Notes under the pieces: model-generated | Told to the model about the DNA's origin: nothing | What the model saw: only the letters and a program-made list of their open reading frames with translations | The model's database searches: none | Assembly: GCA_951406725.2 (NCBI GenBank) | Contig: OX597815.1 | Location: 197,098,001 to 197,162,000, forward strand | Length of the DNA stretch: 64,000 bases | Direction: 5' to 3' | Origin: Octopus vulgaris | Taxonomy: Eukaryota | Part shown: positions 26,111 through 41,312 of the stretch, in pieces | Layout: the number at the start of each line of letters is the position of its first letter | Numbering within the stretch: position 1 is the first letter of the stretch | Made by a program: the position numbers and the translations under genes

Positions 26111-27094
26111 AACATGAAAGACATAGCACATTATTACGACTGCTGACATTTCCAAGTTTTTATGATTTACAGAATACATACCGAATGAATTGACACCAAT
26201 ACTTTTCTAAACCTGAAACTGATTCTATCAGACACATTCCAAACTTAAATATATATGTGTGTGTATGTGGTTTGCGCGCGCTGAATTTTGATAGCACTAT
26301 AACGGGGTGTATAAATGTCGGGACAAAACCCATGTTCTCACTAGACCAAGGTCTGCGTCGTTGATTTCATGCGCCACTACCCGTATCACTTGTGTTCGTT
26401 CTCAAATACAAGCCCTTGCGACATGTGTACACCACTTCAAGTTCCATTGCGTTTATAATTTATGTTGCAGGGGACCACCTGCTTTACTACACTCTTAGTA
26501 ATAAACCTCGATAAGTTTTCTGACGTAACACTCTCGTGTCAGCATAGATTAAATTCTACATTTGCTCATTATGTAGAAATTTTATTTCTCCCAATTGTGG
26601 CTGGGCTTATTTACATATTATGCAAGTATATAAATACTAATTTTCCTTCTTGTATCATGTTATCTTTCTCTCAATGCACTCTCCTCCCCTGCTACCCCCA
26701 CTCTATCCTTTTTACCTCGATGTTTATCTCTTCCTGCCTCTATGTTTTGTTGGTCGACATACCTAACTAATTTATGGTGAGCTTAAAATGAACAGCCATG
26801 CGTGACGTTTGAATTTATTTTTATCTTTTGTTCTCTCCATCTCCTCTCTTCTATTTTATCCTTCCTCCTTTCTTCATATGCTGAAGTTCTCGTTCCTCTC
26901 TTCCTCACCCTTGACCCCGTTCTGCTTCCTCTCTCCTCTTAACCGTTTATTTTTTTACTAAAACTAGTATATGAACGGCACGTGTGAATTTCTTGTCATA
27001 TAGTCATGTGACCTGTTAATGGTTACATATCTATATTTGCACATTTCATCTGCAAATTATGATTATCATAATTACTATCTTTTATTGTTTATCT

Positions 27095-27440
27095 TTTAAT
27101 TATTTTACTCATTGGACTGCGAGCATACTGGGGCACCGCCTTGAAGAATTTTAGTTCAATGAATTGATATGAGTACTAAATATTTTTTAGAGTCTGGTAT
27201 ATATTCCATCGAACCCTTTTGCTGAGACACAACTCTGTTTGTCAAGCGATGTGAGGGAGGGACCCAAACGCACAGATAAACACAAACATACAGACACACG
27301 AATACATACACAGACACACGGGTATGTGTATGCGTGTATAGGACAGCATTACAAGGATTTGGCCGGCCCGAAATTGTAGTAGAAGACAGTTGTACAAGGT
27401 GCCACGCACAGGTTCCTTATCACTTAGCTACGCCTGCGCC
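27095..27440 (-). mobile_element. Degenerate SINE family B
   Basis: caaggtgccacgca, gtagaagaca, gtcaagcga and cctgcgcc blocks in minus orientation. Confidence 0.7.
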
Positions 27441-27653
27441 GTAACACTGGGTTTCCTAAAACTGATGTGGAGTTAAGAGATTACATATTTTCTTCACATA
27501 TTATTCTGTATTCTTTTGTACTCTACATAAATAAATCTATAACCAACGTAACTGTCTCTCTCTATGACTATCTCTCTCTCATTTTGTTTGTGTTTCACTG
27601 TCTGCCTCTATCTGTCTGTCTCGATTATATACATAAACACACACACACACACG

Positions 27654-27696
<43 letters not shown>

Positions 27697-27824
27697 GTCA
27701 TCAATGTATCATAAATCCGAAAAAAAACATAGATATAAATATACATACATATACACACACACTCACACATATGTGTGTGTACGTATGTATGTATATTTAT
27801 ATATGTATATCTATATATGTAATA

Positions 27825-28135
<311 letters not shown>

Positions 28136-28399
28136 TGCAACTCTAGTTTCTATTTTGATTATATTCTTTTCATAATTAAAACATTCTGCTTTAATTTACT
28201 CCTATTTTTCTGTACATACCATGTCCAAACACGTATCTCTGCATCTTACACTAGAAGGCAGCAATATTGAACCATATAATCGAACGGTAGTCTCTAGAAT
28301 TTTCTCTCCCTAGTAATTATCTATTTCAGTTGTTCGTAAGCAAGGAAGTCTTCAAGAAATTTCTGTTTGGCATGACATCCTCATTCCTATAAGATTATA

Positions 28400-28720
28400 T
28401 ATATTTATTAATGGCTGTCGCCTTGCTTCAGTTGCTTGTGATAATCTTACATGTCTTATTTACCTTTACATTTATCATCCTCACAGCCTCATTAAGTCTT
28501 AGGCTCACATTCCGGATTCTATATACACGTGTCTCTTTAATCCTTCATGAAATCATCAATAAAACAAGCGGTTGAGACTCAAGTGCACTACAACCATTTC
28601 CTTCACTGTATAACTTCCAGATCACCGGTACGACATTTATAATGCTTAGGAGCATCACATACACTTGAATCATTCTCACCTCACAATCTATAATCGACAC
28701 CTTTCACCTTGCCTTAAGAT
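28400..28720 (-). pseudogene. Possible decayed LINE RT remnant
   Basis: Minus-strand ctgaagcaaggcgacagc = LKQGDS (RT GLxQG motif), with an FID-like motif upstream. Confidence 0.3.
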
Positions 28721-29618
28721 AAATTATTTTTTCTACAGATTCCCTTTCGAGCCCCTTTAAGTAGAACAACCGTCCATTTTTACTGCATATTTTACATTCA
28801 GATTTTCACTGCATACACTTAACTGACGTAGCTGTTCATACTTAAGCTGAAACTGCGAAGAAATTCCCCTGCAAATAAAGTCAATAACTGTGGACGTTAC
28901 TAACAAAGCAGCATTTACATTAAAAGCCGGGATCTTTTTAATATGTTAGATTCATTGATTAATTATTTAGTTTATTTTCGGACTAAACATTATATATTTG
29001 TGTCCCTTTCGGACGCCTCGATGTCTTTTTCATACGTTGTCTCCTCTCTCTCTTTTTTTTCTCTCTGTCTTGACTTTTAACTGCGGGTTGTTCCCAATTT
29101 TGACCAATGAGAAGGTTGATAGAGTTGTGTGAAAATATCTGTGTGTATTTGGTGGAGAAGGGTGGAAGAATATAATAAAGAAAATGAAGAACACAAACAA
29201 CTAAACAAAATAACCAATTTTTTCATATGTTATACACTATACCATTATACCACCAAAAGTAAATGAAAGTAATCATTTTAACAAAATAACATTTGTCAAC
29301 TCAGACAATGAACTTCAGCAGGTAGATGGCTGTAGTGTCTGTGCTTGCTGACCCGACTACTTTGTATTCATCGGAGAAGAGCTTCCTTTGAATAAGACAA
29401 AAACAAAAGAACCGTACTAACCATCCTGACATCTGCATGTTCACATAGCAAAATACGTCCAACATCATCACAAACACATATACCTACTTAAAGCTAACAT
29501 TCCTTCCTCTCTTTTCATCACTTTCCACCCCTCCGCACCAAATACACGCAAAAATACCCAATTAACTTTTTCGTTGGTCAAAATTGGTAAACAATCCTTC
29601 ACTTACTACAGCCATTAA

Positions 29619-29987
29619 TGTTATTTCACCCGAAGAAATGAATGCACGAACATGATCTACTTAATGTCCGTAGATGTTGTATCTACTTCAATAGTCACGA
29701 TATTTTCTTGGTATCGGATACAGAGTATCTCTTCTATACCGGAATGCTAATACACCGCTTCGTCTATCGTGCAATTGCCGATAGCTCTGCAACGCACCGA
29801 ATTTGAACAGTCTACCGTTACTTTGACTCGAACTCGACTATAACATGTAACTGACACTTAACGCCAACTGAGAACACGTACAACGACTAACACACGACTT
29901 CCCGTACTAGTTGACGTCATCTCACTATATAGTGACTACCTCACACTACTTGTCCCACGGGAGGGGTGCACCATTTCGACTTCAGCA
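29619..29987 (-). repeat. 3' LTR
   Basis: 29698-29873 aligns with 31971-32146. On the minus strand it starts TG after the PPT. The left boundary is approximate. Confidence 0.75.
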
Positions 29988-31919
29988 TCTCCTCTTTTAG
30001 TTTTTCTTTTTGGGAAGCTAATAGTTTTACTTTACTTTATTCACCTCACCTCCCTTTTAGTTTTTGTTTTTTTATCTGTACAAATCAATATTTTTCCCAT
30101 TTGGTGTCTATTTTTAGGAACTCTGTGTTCTTCCTTTTTCTTCCACTTGTATGCATACATTAGTAATGGGTAGTTGTGTTCGACTAAACAAATCCTGTTG
30201 GTAAATCTGCGCACGCTCTTAGTTTGTTATTCATTTTTTGAAATAAACCGTTGGTGTTGCCTTGTCCGACTGGTCGACTTTCTCAGTCTTTACAGTCTTT
30301 CCAGCTCTTGTTGACTTGGTCTATCGCCCTAAACGGCACATTCCGTTTGGGTCTAAAAGCAAGGGTTGCATATTCTTTTACAGCAACCCTCGCTTTTGCT
30401 TTAGTACAATAGCCCTTTCCTTCTAAAAAACATTCGAGTCTTTGATCCCCCCCCCCAACTACATTTCCAAAGATAACACTTATGAGTGGGGTATCCCACA
30501 TTTTCAATAACTCAATGCATTCGGTGCCAAATAATTTTAACGTATTTTTCAACACATAAATATTTGTTCTTTTCATTCAACCACGAACAGTTACACTGCA
30601 AACATATTCGCCGATAAAATATAATTTCCTTCTAATAAAACCACATGCTATATTATTTTATCTAAATAATTTCGGCTTACCGATTTGTTTCCATGTTTTT
30701 TTCATTTGTGATAGTGATGTCACTACCTGTGTCTAATTGCATTTTGACACTTGTGGTTTCGATTTTCAACTTGAATTTTCTGTTCATTGTACTAACTATT
30801 TCTTTCTGTGATGCCAAATTATTAATTTTCTCGTTTGTTCCAAATATCCGTCATCTTAGTTCTGCTGTGCGATTTCATATATCCTTTATTCTTACAATGA
30901 AAACACTTCTTTCTTTTGAATGGACAACCATTCCTCAGGGGCATACTACCACATGCCATACGTGGGTTTATATTCTGATGCTTATCGTATCTTTTTCTTT
31001 TGTGAAACTCTTTATCTGTCTTCAGACTCTGCCACGCTGAATTTACCTGGAAACAATCCCTGCGTTGGATTTCCTCTGTGCCATGTTTTACTTTCAATAT
31101 CATATAGCATTCTTCTGACAATTTCTGCAGGGTTATATCTTGGTTCATTTCCGGCTTCGCACGAATTTTCGTTCTGACATCCTGCGACCTTTTTAGCAGC
31201 AAATTCCTGTGCAAAAATCAAGAATTTGTACGATCTAGAGTTAGTTTATCCCGTTTAAACCTCTCGCATTCCCTGTTCACTCTATCCACGTATATAGTAA
31301 AGTCTTCGTCATCGCTTTTAGCAATGTCCAAAAACGACCAACGTGTGTTGAACAACGAGGTTTTTTTTACTGAACATCTTACATGAAATTTCAATTGTGT
31401 CCGTAAAATTTATGTCAGAAGCTTCATTACGCGGTATAAAGTTACTGCATTTTTCATGCTCTGTTTTCGAGAATTTATTTTTCAAAATTTGACGCTTTTT
31501 CATTTCGACAGCCCAGTCTTGGTATTCACTTTTGAAAATTTGTTCAAATTTTTGGTAATTTGCTTCGAATGTGATTCCTTCTTCCGGGTCATATTTAAAT
31601 TCCTTTATTGAATTTGCTACATGGTCTAGCGAAAACGTATTTGCAGGCTTTGTTACCAACTTCATTAGTTGTAGCATTTGTTGCTGTAAAATTTGTTGTT
31701 GTTCTTGTTGTTATTTTGAGTTGTTGTTGCTGCTTTTGCAACTCGACTAAACCCGCTAACAAAGTTTTCCATGATTTGACAGAGTTTTCGTAAAATGTGT
31801 ACAACAAAACGTTTGTTATTCTCCTGTCGAATTGCTAATTTCTCCACGTTCAATGCCTCCGCCTTAAATTTCTTTTTTTTTACGTGGTCTGCTTCAATTG
31901 TTTATATCCTCGTTCCCAC

Positions 31920-32167
31920 TGTTATGAAGTGACTATTGTGACTGTAGCTGTTCTTTCTACTCTACTAACTACGATATTTTCTTGGTATCGGATACCGTGT
32001 TTCTCTTCTATACCGGAATGGTAATACACCGCTCCGTCTATCGTGTTATCGCTGATAGTTTTACAAGACACCGAATTTGAAACGTCTACCATGACTGTCA
32101 CTGCTCTCGACTATAACGCGTAACTAACACTTACCTCCAACTGAGAGGTGTACCATTTCCCATACAA
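31920..32167 (-). repeat. 5' LTR (with an internal deletion)
   Basis: On the minus strand it ends ...ATAACA just before the PBS-like sequence. Confidence 0.75.
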
Positions 32168-32197
32168 CACACACACACACAGACACACACACACAGG

Positions 32198-32233
<36 letters not shown>

Positions 32234-32428
32234 CTGTTGTATTTCGGGATGGTCATTCTTTGTGCTCGTGGAGCGAGAGTAACGCTGTGGCGGTCACAGA
32301 TGTGTGATGAAAGCTTTCCGAACAATGTACATGAGTTTAAATAAGTGCAATAATAAACGAGTGAAGAACGAATATATAGTGCGTGTGTTTATTTGGTAAA
32401 GAAAAATGACCGTCCCGAAATACAACAC
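32234..32428. mobile_element. MITE with ~24-bp TIRs and TA flanks
   Basis: tgttgtatttcgggatggtcatt ... aatgaccgtcccgaaatacaaca. Confidence 0.8.
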
Positions 32429-32537
32429 TATCTGTTTCAACTCAAGGTTTCACACGAATAATCTTGCAACATATATTCATAAAGATACATACATACACAC
32501 ACTCACGTGTATGTATGCATGTATGTATGTATGTATG

Positions 32538-32569
<32 letters not shown>

Positions 32570-32572
32570 CGA

Positions 32573-32794
32573 TATGGCGGGGTTGAAAAGTTCCGGATTT
32601 TGAGTAAAAGAAAGTACAGGATGATCAGTGAATTCTGATTTTATTCGACATATTATCCTCTCAGAATAACACACTTATTGCAGCTGTTTTTCAGTGCTTT
32701 TAAGCCCTTAAAAAAAGAACTCAAAATGTTGAGCCCCCAACGAGGCCGTTCGCGACACCCTTAATGCCAGGAACTTTTCAGCACTTACTCTTAT
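32573..32794. mobile_element. Mariner-derived MITE (degenerate)
   Basis: ggttgaaaagttcc ... ggaacttttcagc inverted ends. Confidence 0.65.
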
Positions 32795-33819
32795 ATATAT
32801 TTATATATACACTTCGTTGTGTAACAGGAAATATGTGATCTGCGTTAACATTTATTCATATAAGTATTGCTGGAACACGAAATGCAAATACAAACTCGAA
32901 ATGCAACGCGTAAACGTTTTAATAAACTCAGCTAGTGACGAAGTATTTTAATAGAGTGTAATAAATTGCACAGCTATCACTTCCCATTACTAACCCGATA
33001 TATCAGCCAATAGCTATCAACGGTAATTTTTAATGAATGATTTCATTAAAAATATGAGAACAAGTAGAATGAGACTAATTATATTTGATGAAATAATTAT
33101 CCGTTCAGTGGAAAATGAAATATTACGAAGCATTATTACTAAATACTCTTTATAATTACACATAATTAAAACAAACACACAGTGCTCATTATATACGAAA
33201 TTTTACAGAGGGTAACTTTAGCAACACATTGCCAGACACACGTATTCATATATACATATTTGTATGGGTATATATACACATTAACACCTTAATAGCTTTA
33301 TTGAAGAACACATTATTTCCAATTATGATGAAAATCGAGAGAACAAATGTGCACATGACACTGTGCTATTGAGGTTTTAATGAATCATACGTCTGAAATG
33401 TGTAACTAAATACATATCTATTAATTTGTTTACAACTTAATCTATCAGACATTCTATGAACGCAATATCCTTCTGAATCGCCTTTTCTCTTTCTGTCCCT
33501 TTGCCTCTCTCTCTCTCTCTCTTTCTACCTATTTTGATATACATACATATGTATGCTGTTGTCTGAACATCTATGTGTGTGTATATGCTACTGTATAGTT
33601 GCTTATAAAACTTTATATACATATCCATGTGAATAAGCATACATAAACACCAAATAAGTTCATAGACATATTCAAATATATATGTGTGTGTGTGTGGGTA
33701 TTATATATGTATATTATATATATCACATACATACATGTATATATATATATATGTGTGTGTATATATATAGGTATTATATATGTATATTATATATATATAT
33801 ATATATCACATACACACAC

Positions 33820-33862
<43 letters not shown>

Positions 33863-34393
33863 CACACATACATAAATATATACATATAGAAATTTTCAGA
33901 TAGTCTTGTTTTTGTTGTCATGGTTTTTTAGTTTTTTTTTATGTGATATTCTGAATTTTCTGTAGACCAAAAAAAGGGAATATATCAATGCATCGTGGCA
34001 TTTTTTGATCTCGTAAATCGCATGTAAATTCCAACGAGTGTTGAATTTGGTTAAAAGCATCGAATAACGAGTGGAATAAATATGTACACTGTATACAAAG
34101 CAGCACCATTATCGCTGCCTTTAATGTTTAGACGATGGTTAATTTACTCTGCTTCTATTGTTACCTAATATCAGAATAGGTAAAGACAAAATATATATAT
34201 ATATATATATATATAGGAGACGATATATCTAACACAATTTATCAAATCTGATCTCGTGTGGAATCTTAGGAAAGAAAAACAATATATATGTGTGCCTGTG
34301 TGATATGTGTGTGCGTGTGTGTATGTAAACATACATATATCGATATATAGTTATGTATAGCCATATCTATATTTTTCTCTCTGTCTAACAATC

Positions 34394-34470
<77 letters not shown>

Positions 34471-34471
34471 A

Positions 34472-34570
<99 letters not shown>

Positions 34571-34608
34571 CCTATCTATCTGTCTATTTATCTATCTACC
34601 TATCTATC
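34394..34608. repeat. (TATC)n microsatellite
   Basis: Directly visible. Confidence 0.95.
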
Positions 34609-35034
34609 CGTGTGCGTGCGTGCATGTGCGTATGTGTGCGTGTTGTATGTATGTATATATATATTGAGGTAAAAATATTAGATTTAACTAACGTATACAT
34701 GTAAATGTATGTATATAATCGTACGGATATATGTTGTACGTATGGGTATGTATAAATATTTGCATTTATATACACTTGTTTATTGTCTTGATCAAGGCAG
34801 GGGCTTTTACAACCTGCAGCCAGATATCGATTTAAAAATAAACAACTTTAAATAAATTATTAATTGTTTTCATCTGCACGCTTACAATCTGTGTTAACGG
34901 AGATCAAATGTGGTTTTTAGAGTCATTTGGCGTCTATTTCTAGCATGTTGGTGGCGATAATCGCATCCTGTCATATAATATTATTATAATTGTAAATTAA
35001 CACACACACACACGCACACATATATATTAATATG

Positions 35035-35095
<61 letters not shown>

Positions 35096-35734
35096 GTGTG
35101 TGTATGTATATATATGTATATAGTATATATTCCAACAACGAGTGCTCCAGTTGTTCAGTCCCCGGATATACAGGCACATAGACTTTTATCTAAGATACAT
35201 TTACTTTTGACAGGTGGTCTCATTACAATACGCTGTCTAATAAGGAACGACATAGAAATATGTGTAGAGCGTATCCGATGTCTTCCTCATTGGTTATATC
35301 ACAGGAAGTGTTGTGTCTTTTAGCTTAGGTTTATTCTACATGTGTAGGAACATATTCGGCCCAAACAATATGTACGAGAACTGAACTCGAAAACTATTAA
35401 CTCTGAAGCCAACAATTTAAAAATTAAAAATGTAAACACGTATGGTTACTATTAATTGAAGTTCATTTCTATATGTCTCGCTAAGGGAGAAAGAGCTGGA
35501 ATTTTACATAAATTCAATCTACCTTTATTGGAATTTCAACATCAACGGTGCAGTTGTACATTATACATGCGTCCGTGTATAAGTGCATGTATTTGACGTT
35601 ATAATATGTGCTGATCAGTCTATTTCTCCTTATTTAAGCAGATTTACATATATAATTACACATATATATGTGCATATGTATTTATTCGCGAACCTTTTGG
35701 AAATTATTACATATTTTGACAGTTCCCTTAAGGG

Positions 35735-36480
35735 ATTTGTATCTGTAGTCTTCTAATTAACTTTCTGCTTTCTGTTTTGAGAAAACTAATTGCTCAAGAT
35801 TGATTCCGAGGAAGTTAACAACATATCCAAGTGCCCCAATAATTACAGGTATATACATGAACTTGTAGTTCAGGTGGAGTATCAGTAAATTTCTCAATAG
35901 TTTTCTTTTTTGCCGATGTTTAGCTTTATGTCCATATTTACAGTGCTGGCGAATTCCCCTATAATATGGTTTACTTTTCTCTGTCCAACTTATTGTATAT
36001 GGTCAATTATATTTCCATTTTATTATAATTTTCACAAGGACACTCTGCCTTTAATCGTGTATATTATGAGAAGTTACAGTCAATGCCGTACTGAATGCTC
36101 TTATATCAATGATCTCAGGATTATCCTTCCGACGGATCTTAATGTATAGTGTCTTGACCAGAATACCACATCTTGTTGGTAAATATTGACACTGTGGGTG
36201 ATATCGTCAGTGTTAACTGTGCAAAGTCTGCATTGGTTATCAGATTTCGTTGTTTTTCCTGAGCCTCTGTCCTTTTTATGCATCAAGAATTTGCTAGTTA
36301 TTTTCTGTTCTGGCTTACAAACGCGTACAACTTCGAAGCGAGAGTTAGTGATCCGGTAGTAGGTTCAAGATACACTGCTTTGATTATGAATGTTGCTATG
36401 ACCCTGAAGCTGCTTTCTAACGTATCCCTGCGTGGCGTGCAACTGATATGCACTCATCCTCTCATCTAAGGATATATCAT
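35735..36480 (-). mobile_element. RLE-type (R4/Dong-like) non-LTR retrotransposon C-terminal remnant
   Basis: DNQCRLCTVNTDDITH knuckle and IPVIIGALGYV (minus strand, ~35820-35853). Homologous to 20300-20815. Confidence 0.75.
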
Positions 36481-37845
36481 GGTTGAGTCATGCGACTTCT
36501 TTTGGCATACACTCAACATTATCAAGCGAAATATTTCTCGATAAGCTGCTATCTAACTTTCAAAATGTTTTCCGCCTCAGGTATGCAGAAGCTGTCAGTG
36601 CATGCACTCCCGCACATTGAGATAAATATATGCAGCTAAAGTTATATAATATATCCTTCAAAATCTGTCGGAACCAGTGTTAAGCCATTACTCCATGTTT
36701 TCATTTTAGGTAGAAGTCTTTATTACCATTGATGAGAAAATTATTACAATACCATTTGTGATACAATACCACTGCCAATGCATATTCAATTTTTTGTTTT
36801 TTTGTTTTAGGGTGTCAAAAATAATTAAATTGCAAATGCTTTAAATCTAATCTATGTAGTAAGGGCTAAGCAAAGCCTTGTCAGGAAGGTCATCTGAACA
36901 TTCCTCTTTCATATTTTACTGCATATAGGCTTGACCGCAAAAATTCTTTAAAAGCATTTCGTAAACATACTTACATTTGAAGTGAAATAACGATTTAACT
37001 ATAATCAAACACAATTATATCAAACACAAAACATATGTGTGCACTTTAACAAATTAATAGAGTGTGATATAAAGGTGATATGGCTTTCTTTTATTTAGCT
37101 CACCGAAGTATCACATAGAATCACCCTCGCTGGCTGAGGAAAGCCTTATTAGAAATAGAATCTGAAAGGCTGGCATAAATAACTTCCAAATATACCACCT
37201 ACTGCTTTCAAACAATACATTGTATACAAAATAGATTGAAATTCTAGAAATATTACACTAAATAAATTCATATTTCTCATAGACAATGCATATCCTAACA
37301 GCCTAAATAAGACTGAAGAAAATATTTTACATTTTAAAGAGTATGATCACTGCAAAAGCATATGTAAAACACACCAACATCACTGTAATATTAAAATTGT
37401 TTACGCATTACGGTAACATTCGCTAAAGTGTAGATTCGAGAAATCAGTGCAGAACGCATATAGTAAAAAATAGAAACACAAAGCAGCCCCCTCTAACAAG
37501 AAGCAAGAAGAGTGTTTGTGGGTGTAGGCGTAGTGTTCAGACTTACGAGTTTGTGATTCGTTCTGTAGTGGGTCTGTATAATGGTTATCTGTAATTAGTA
37601 GACATTAAGGGAAGTAGATACCTGCAAGCCAAAACCTTTTAACATATTTAATCCGACCACTCAAGAGTGTCCTAAATTCACAAGCATACACACCAGTTTA
37701 CATATAGATGCATATGTGCACAGCGTGAGAATTCATACGTATAACATTATATATAACTCAAACATTTCAACACATATGCGTACGCATGAAAATCGCTTAT
37801 GTTCTTCCACCTATCTCTCTCACATACGAACTCTCTCACTCTCTT

Positions 37846-38015
<170 letters not shown>

Positions 38016-38542
38016 TATCTGTCTCTCTCACTCACTTTCAGTGTATATTTATTTGTTTATTAACATAATATAGAACCTGATTCATTTTAATGGAAGCGAA
38101 ATATAAATATTTCAATGCAAATAATAACGATAAAAAATAGCAAGACTCAAAATTCATAATATACATTAAACATATTTTAAAATCCAGTATCCACACTGAC
38201 TAAAAGCTTAATATAATTTGCGGCAAACTAAACGTTTTATAACTTGCTAAATGGATTAATGCTTATATAAGAAGCAATTTAGATTCAGTATATAGATTCT
38301 ATATTGAGCCTGTATACGATTCTAGCTTCTGGAACCAGATCATTTTTACGTACATATTTTAGAATACAATCTCACATATATGTATATTTGTAAATGTACA
38401 ACCATACATCTATACGTTCACGTATGTATGCATATATGTATGTATATGCACATACAGAGATAAACATTTATATACATATATATATTTGCATGTGTTCGTA
38501 CATACATATATCTCTCTCTTTCTCTCTCTCTACACACACACC

Positions 38543-38588
<46 letters not shown>

Positions 38589-38918
38589 CACATACATATA
38601 TAAATATATACAAAAATATTTCTGTGTGTATGTGTGTGTGTGTGCAGTGAGAGTAAATGTAAAAGTGAAAGTGAAACGAGAAGATACGTTTACTTATTCT
38701 GGTGTAAGTTGCCTAATAGTTTGGATACTCATCTATTATTACTGGTTCCTAAGGCAGGCATATGATAGGTATTTTTTTATGTAGACAAACATTAGCTACC
38801 ATACGCATGACTCGGCTCACACTGATATAACATACAAAGATACGCACACACACACACATATACACACACATACATATCTACACATATATCCATACGCACA
38901 TATACACACACACAAACT

Positions 38919-38976
<58 letters not shown>

Positions 38977-38983
<7 letters not shown>

Positions 38984-39278
38984 ATCACGTGACCGGACAG
39001 ACCATCAGATGTTGTTACACATCGCTGGTCACAATGCGTTTGCATTGTTTTTTAGCCTTCGAATGAAGCCCCCCTCCCGCTAGCTAAGCGAGCAGGCCAA
39101 CAGAAGAAAGAGTGGGAGAAAGAGTGGTGAAAGAGTACACCAGGGATCACCACCCCCTGCCGGAGCCTTGTGGAGCTTTTAGGCGTTTTCGCTCAATAAA
39201 CACTCACAACGCCCGGTCTGGGAATCGAAACCGCGATCCTGCGACCGCGAGTCCGCCGCCCTAACCACTAGGCCATTG
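38977..39278 (-). mobile_element. SINE family C
   Basis: Near-identical to 2492-2776. The 3' end abuts (TA)n. Confidence 0.9.
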
Positions 39279-39747
39279 TTTTACAAATATGCACACTCAT
39301 GTATTCCTATTTCGTTCGCATGTATTTATATAAAAATAAAGATATTGGTTTCTCGATGCCTCTTGTTATCTTCCTTTTAAAACACTTTAGAAACAAACAG
39401 GAGTTGAGAAAATAATATTTCAAACCAGGTGGTTGATTGAAGCCGTAGAAACTTAGAGAATGCGTGCTGGCTGCCTTCACTTCCTTTGTTCAAAATCTCA
39501 ACAAGGCCAATATATCCTACTGCATATTACTTAAATCATTTGGTGAAACTTCTGAGATATACAACTATCTGATGTACCTATATTAAACACACTTCACGTT
39601 GACGTATTGGTTATGAAGCGCATCATCAAAACGTGATCGTGAGAAATTCAGGCAGAACAATTGATATACAAATATAGATTTCAAAAAATTAAGACATATT
39701 CCTAAGGACCTATATATATATATATATATACATACACACATATCTAT

Positions 39748-39842
<95 letters not shown>

Positions 39843-39876
39843 GTATATGAAATTAAGACGAATGACCACTAGAGTA

Positions 39877-39991
39877 GTTATCTGGTGTTATAATAGATTC
39901 TGACATCCCATATCAGGGCCACCATTCCACTCCACATGTGGAATGCATACCCTAATATGGGATGTCAGAATCTATTATAGCACAAGATAAC
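39877..39991. repeat. Imperfect ~115-nt fold-back hairpin
   Basis: tataatagattctgacatcccatat pairs with atatgggatgtcagaatctattata, with inner cattccac/gtggaatg. Confidence 0.9.
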
Positions 39992-40734
39992 CTATACTGT
40001 ATTTTTCTATTAATTAGATCGTGTACGTAACTTGCTAGTGATGTGGAATTGCTATGGTCTTTATATTTAAATGAGTTAAGATGTGCATAATATCTCTGTT
40101 TAAAATAAGTGGCTGATCCAACATAGTAGCTAACGGGAGTTATTTAATATGTTGTGGATGGTGCAGAAGATTTAAAGTGGTATTCAGAATATTACATAAA
40201 ATGCAGGACAATAATTTGTTCCGGATCTCTTTGGCTCTAAAATGAAATCGTGGGAAGGCCAACTTTACTCATCGTCATTTGGTGATCGATAAATGTAAAC
40301 AACATGACTGAGGCGTAGCATGCTGAAATTTGTAAATCATTGGCTGAAAGTTATGAAGTTTCGTCTGTTTACGTTCTGGTTTCGTGTACGACCGATATAT
40401 TAAATTGCCGTATTTACCCTCACAAATTAATCATTGAATTATTTCATTGAAGTTAACTTCATTGTATCTCATCCGAGCGTTTTAAAATAACTTCTCCACA
40501 GTTGTGGCTTAGTTCTGAAACGAAATCCTTAAGAATTTCTACCTACCTTTATTTTGTGGTAATTGGCTGATAGACTTAGTGTATTGGCGGTGTTCATACC
40601 ACTGCCTGGATGTTTAGGATTTTTTATCAATTTAGATGCATGCATTATAATCATATTGAAGACTTCGGGATAACTTCTTTCTTTGTGCCAATCTTTGCAG
40701 AAGCCTTAAATGATACATTTTCCATAGTTACAAG

Positions 40735-41312
40735 CCTAAAATTGTTTCGAGCGGTTGATTTCATAGACTCCAGTAATCGACTGGTATTTATTTTATCCCC
40801 CTTGAAAAGATTAAATGCATAGTCGAGATCTAATGAGTTTGAACCCGCAATATATAAAAGTTTTAAATAATGGTTTTAAATATTAGCATTAGGCATGCAA
40901 TTTTAAGGAAGGGCATAAGTTGATTACATCTCTAGCGTTCAACCGGTACTTCATTTATCGATTCCGACGGATGAACCGCAAAGCTGATTTTGGTGGAATT
41001 TGAGCTCAGAACACGAAGACGGATAAAATGCTGCAAAAAACATTCTGTCCGGTGTGCTAATGATTCTGCCAGCTCCCCGCATTAGAAACCTTAAATAATG
41101 GTTTCAAATCTTGGTACAAGGCCAACAATTTAGCGGAGAAGATAATTCGCTTACATCGACACCAGTACTCCACTGGCGCTTATTTAATCGACCCCAAAAG
41201 CATAACGGGTATAGTCGATCTCGGCGGAATTTGAACTCAGAAATTAAAGACGGACGAAATACCCCTAAACAATTCACCGGGTGTGATAACGATTTCACCA
41301 ACTCTCTGCATT
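40735..41312 (-). mobile_element. Three tandem degenerate SINE family A copies
   Basis: Units at ~40735, ~40864 and ~41091. The last two both begin ttaaataatggttt. Confidence 0.75.

Larger units (their letters stand above)
29619..32167 (-). mobile_element. Internally deleted Gypsy (Mag-like) LTR retrotransposon
   Basis: Two diverged LTRs (~29619-29987, ~31920-32167). PBS-like TGGGAACGAGGAT next to the 5' LTR, PPT AAAAGAGGAGA next to the 3' LTR. gag (FKYDPEEGITFE; CFHCKNKGYMKSH), protease QLDTGSDIT (30713-30739), linker PKRNVPF. RT, RH and IN absent. Confidence 0.85.
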
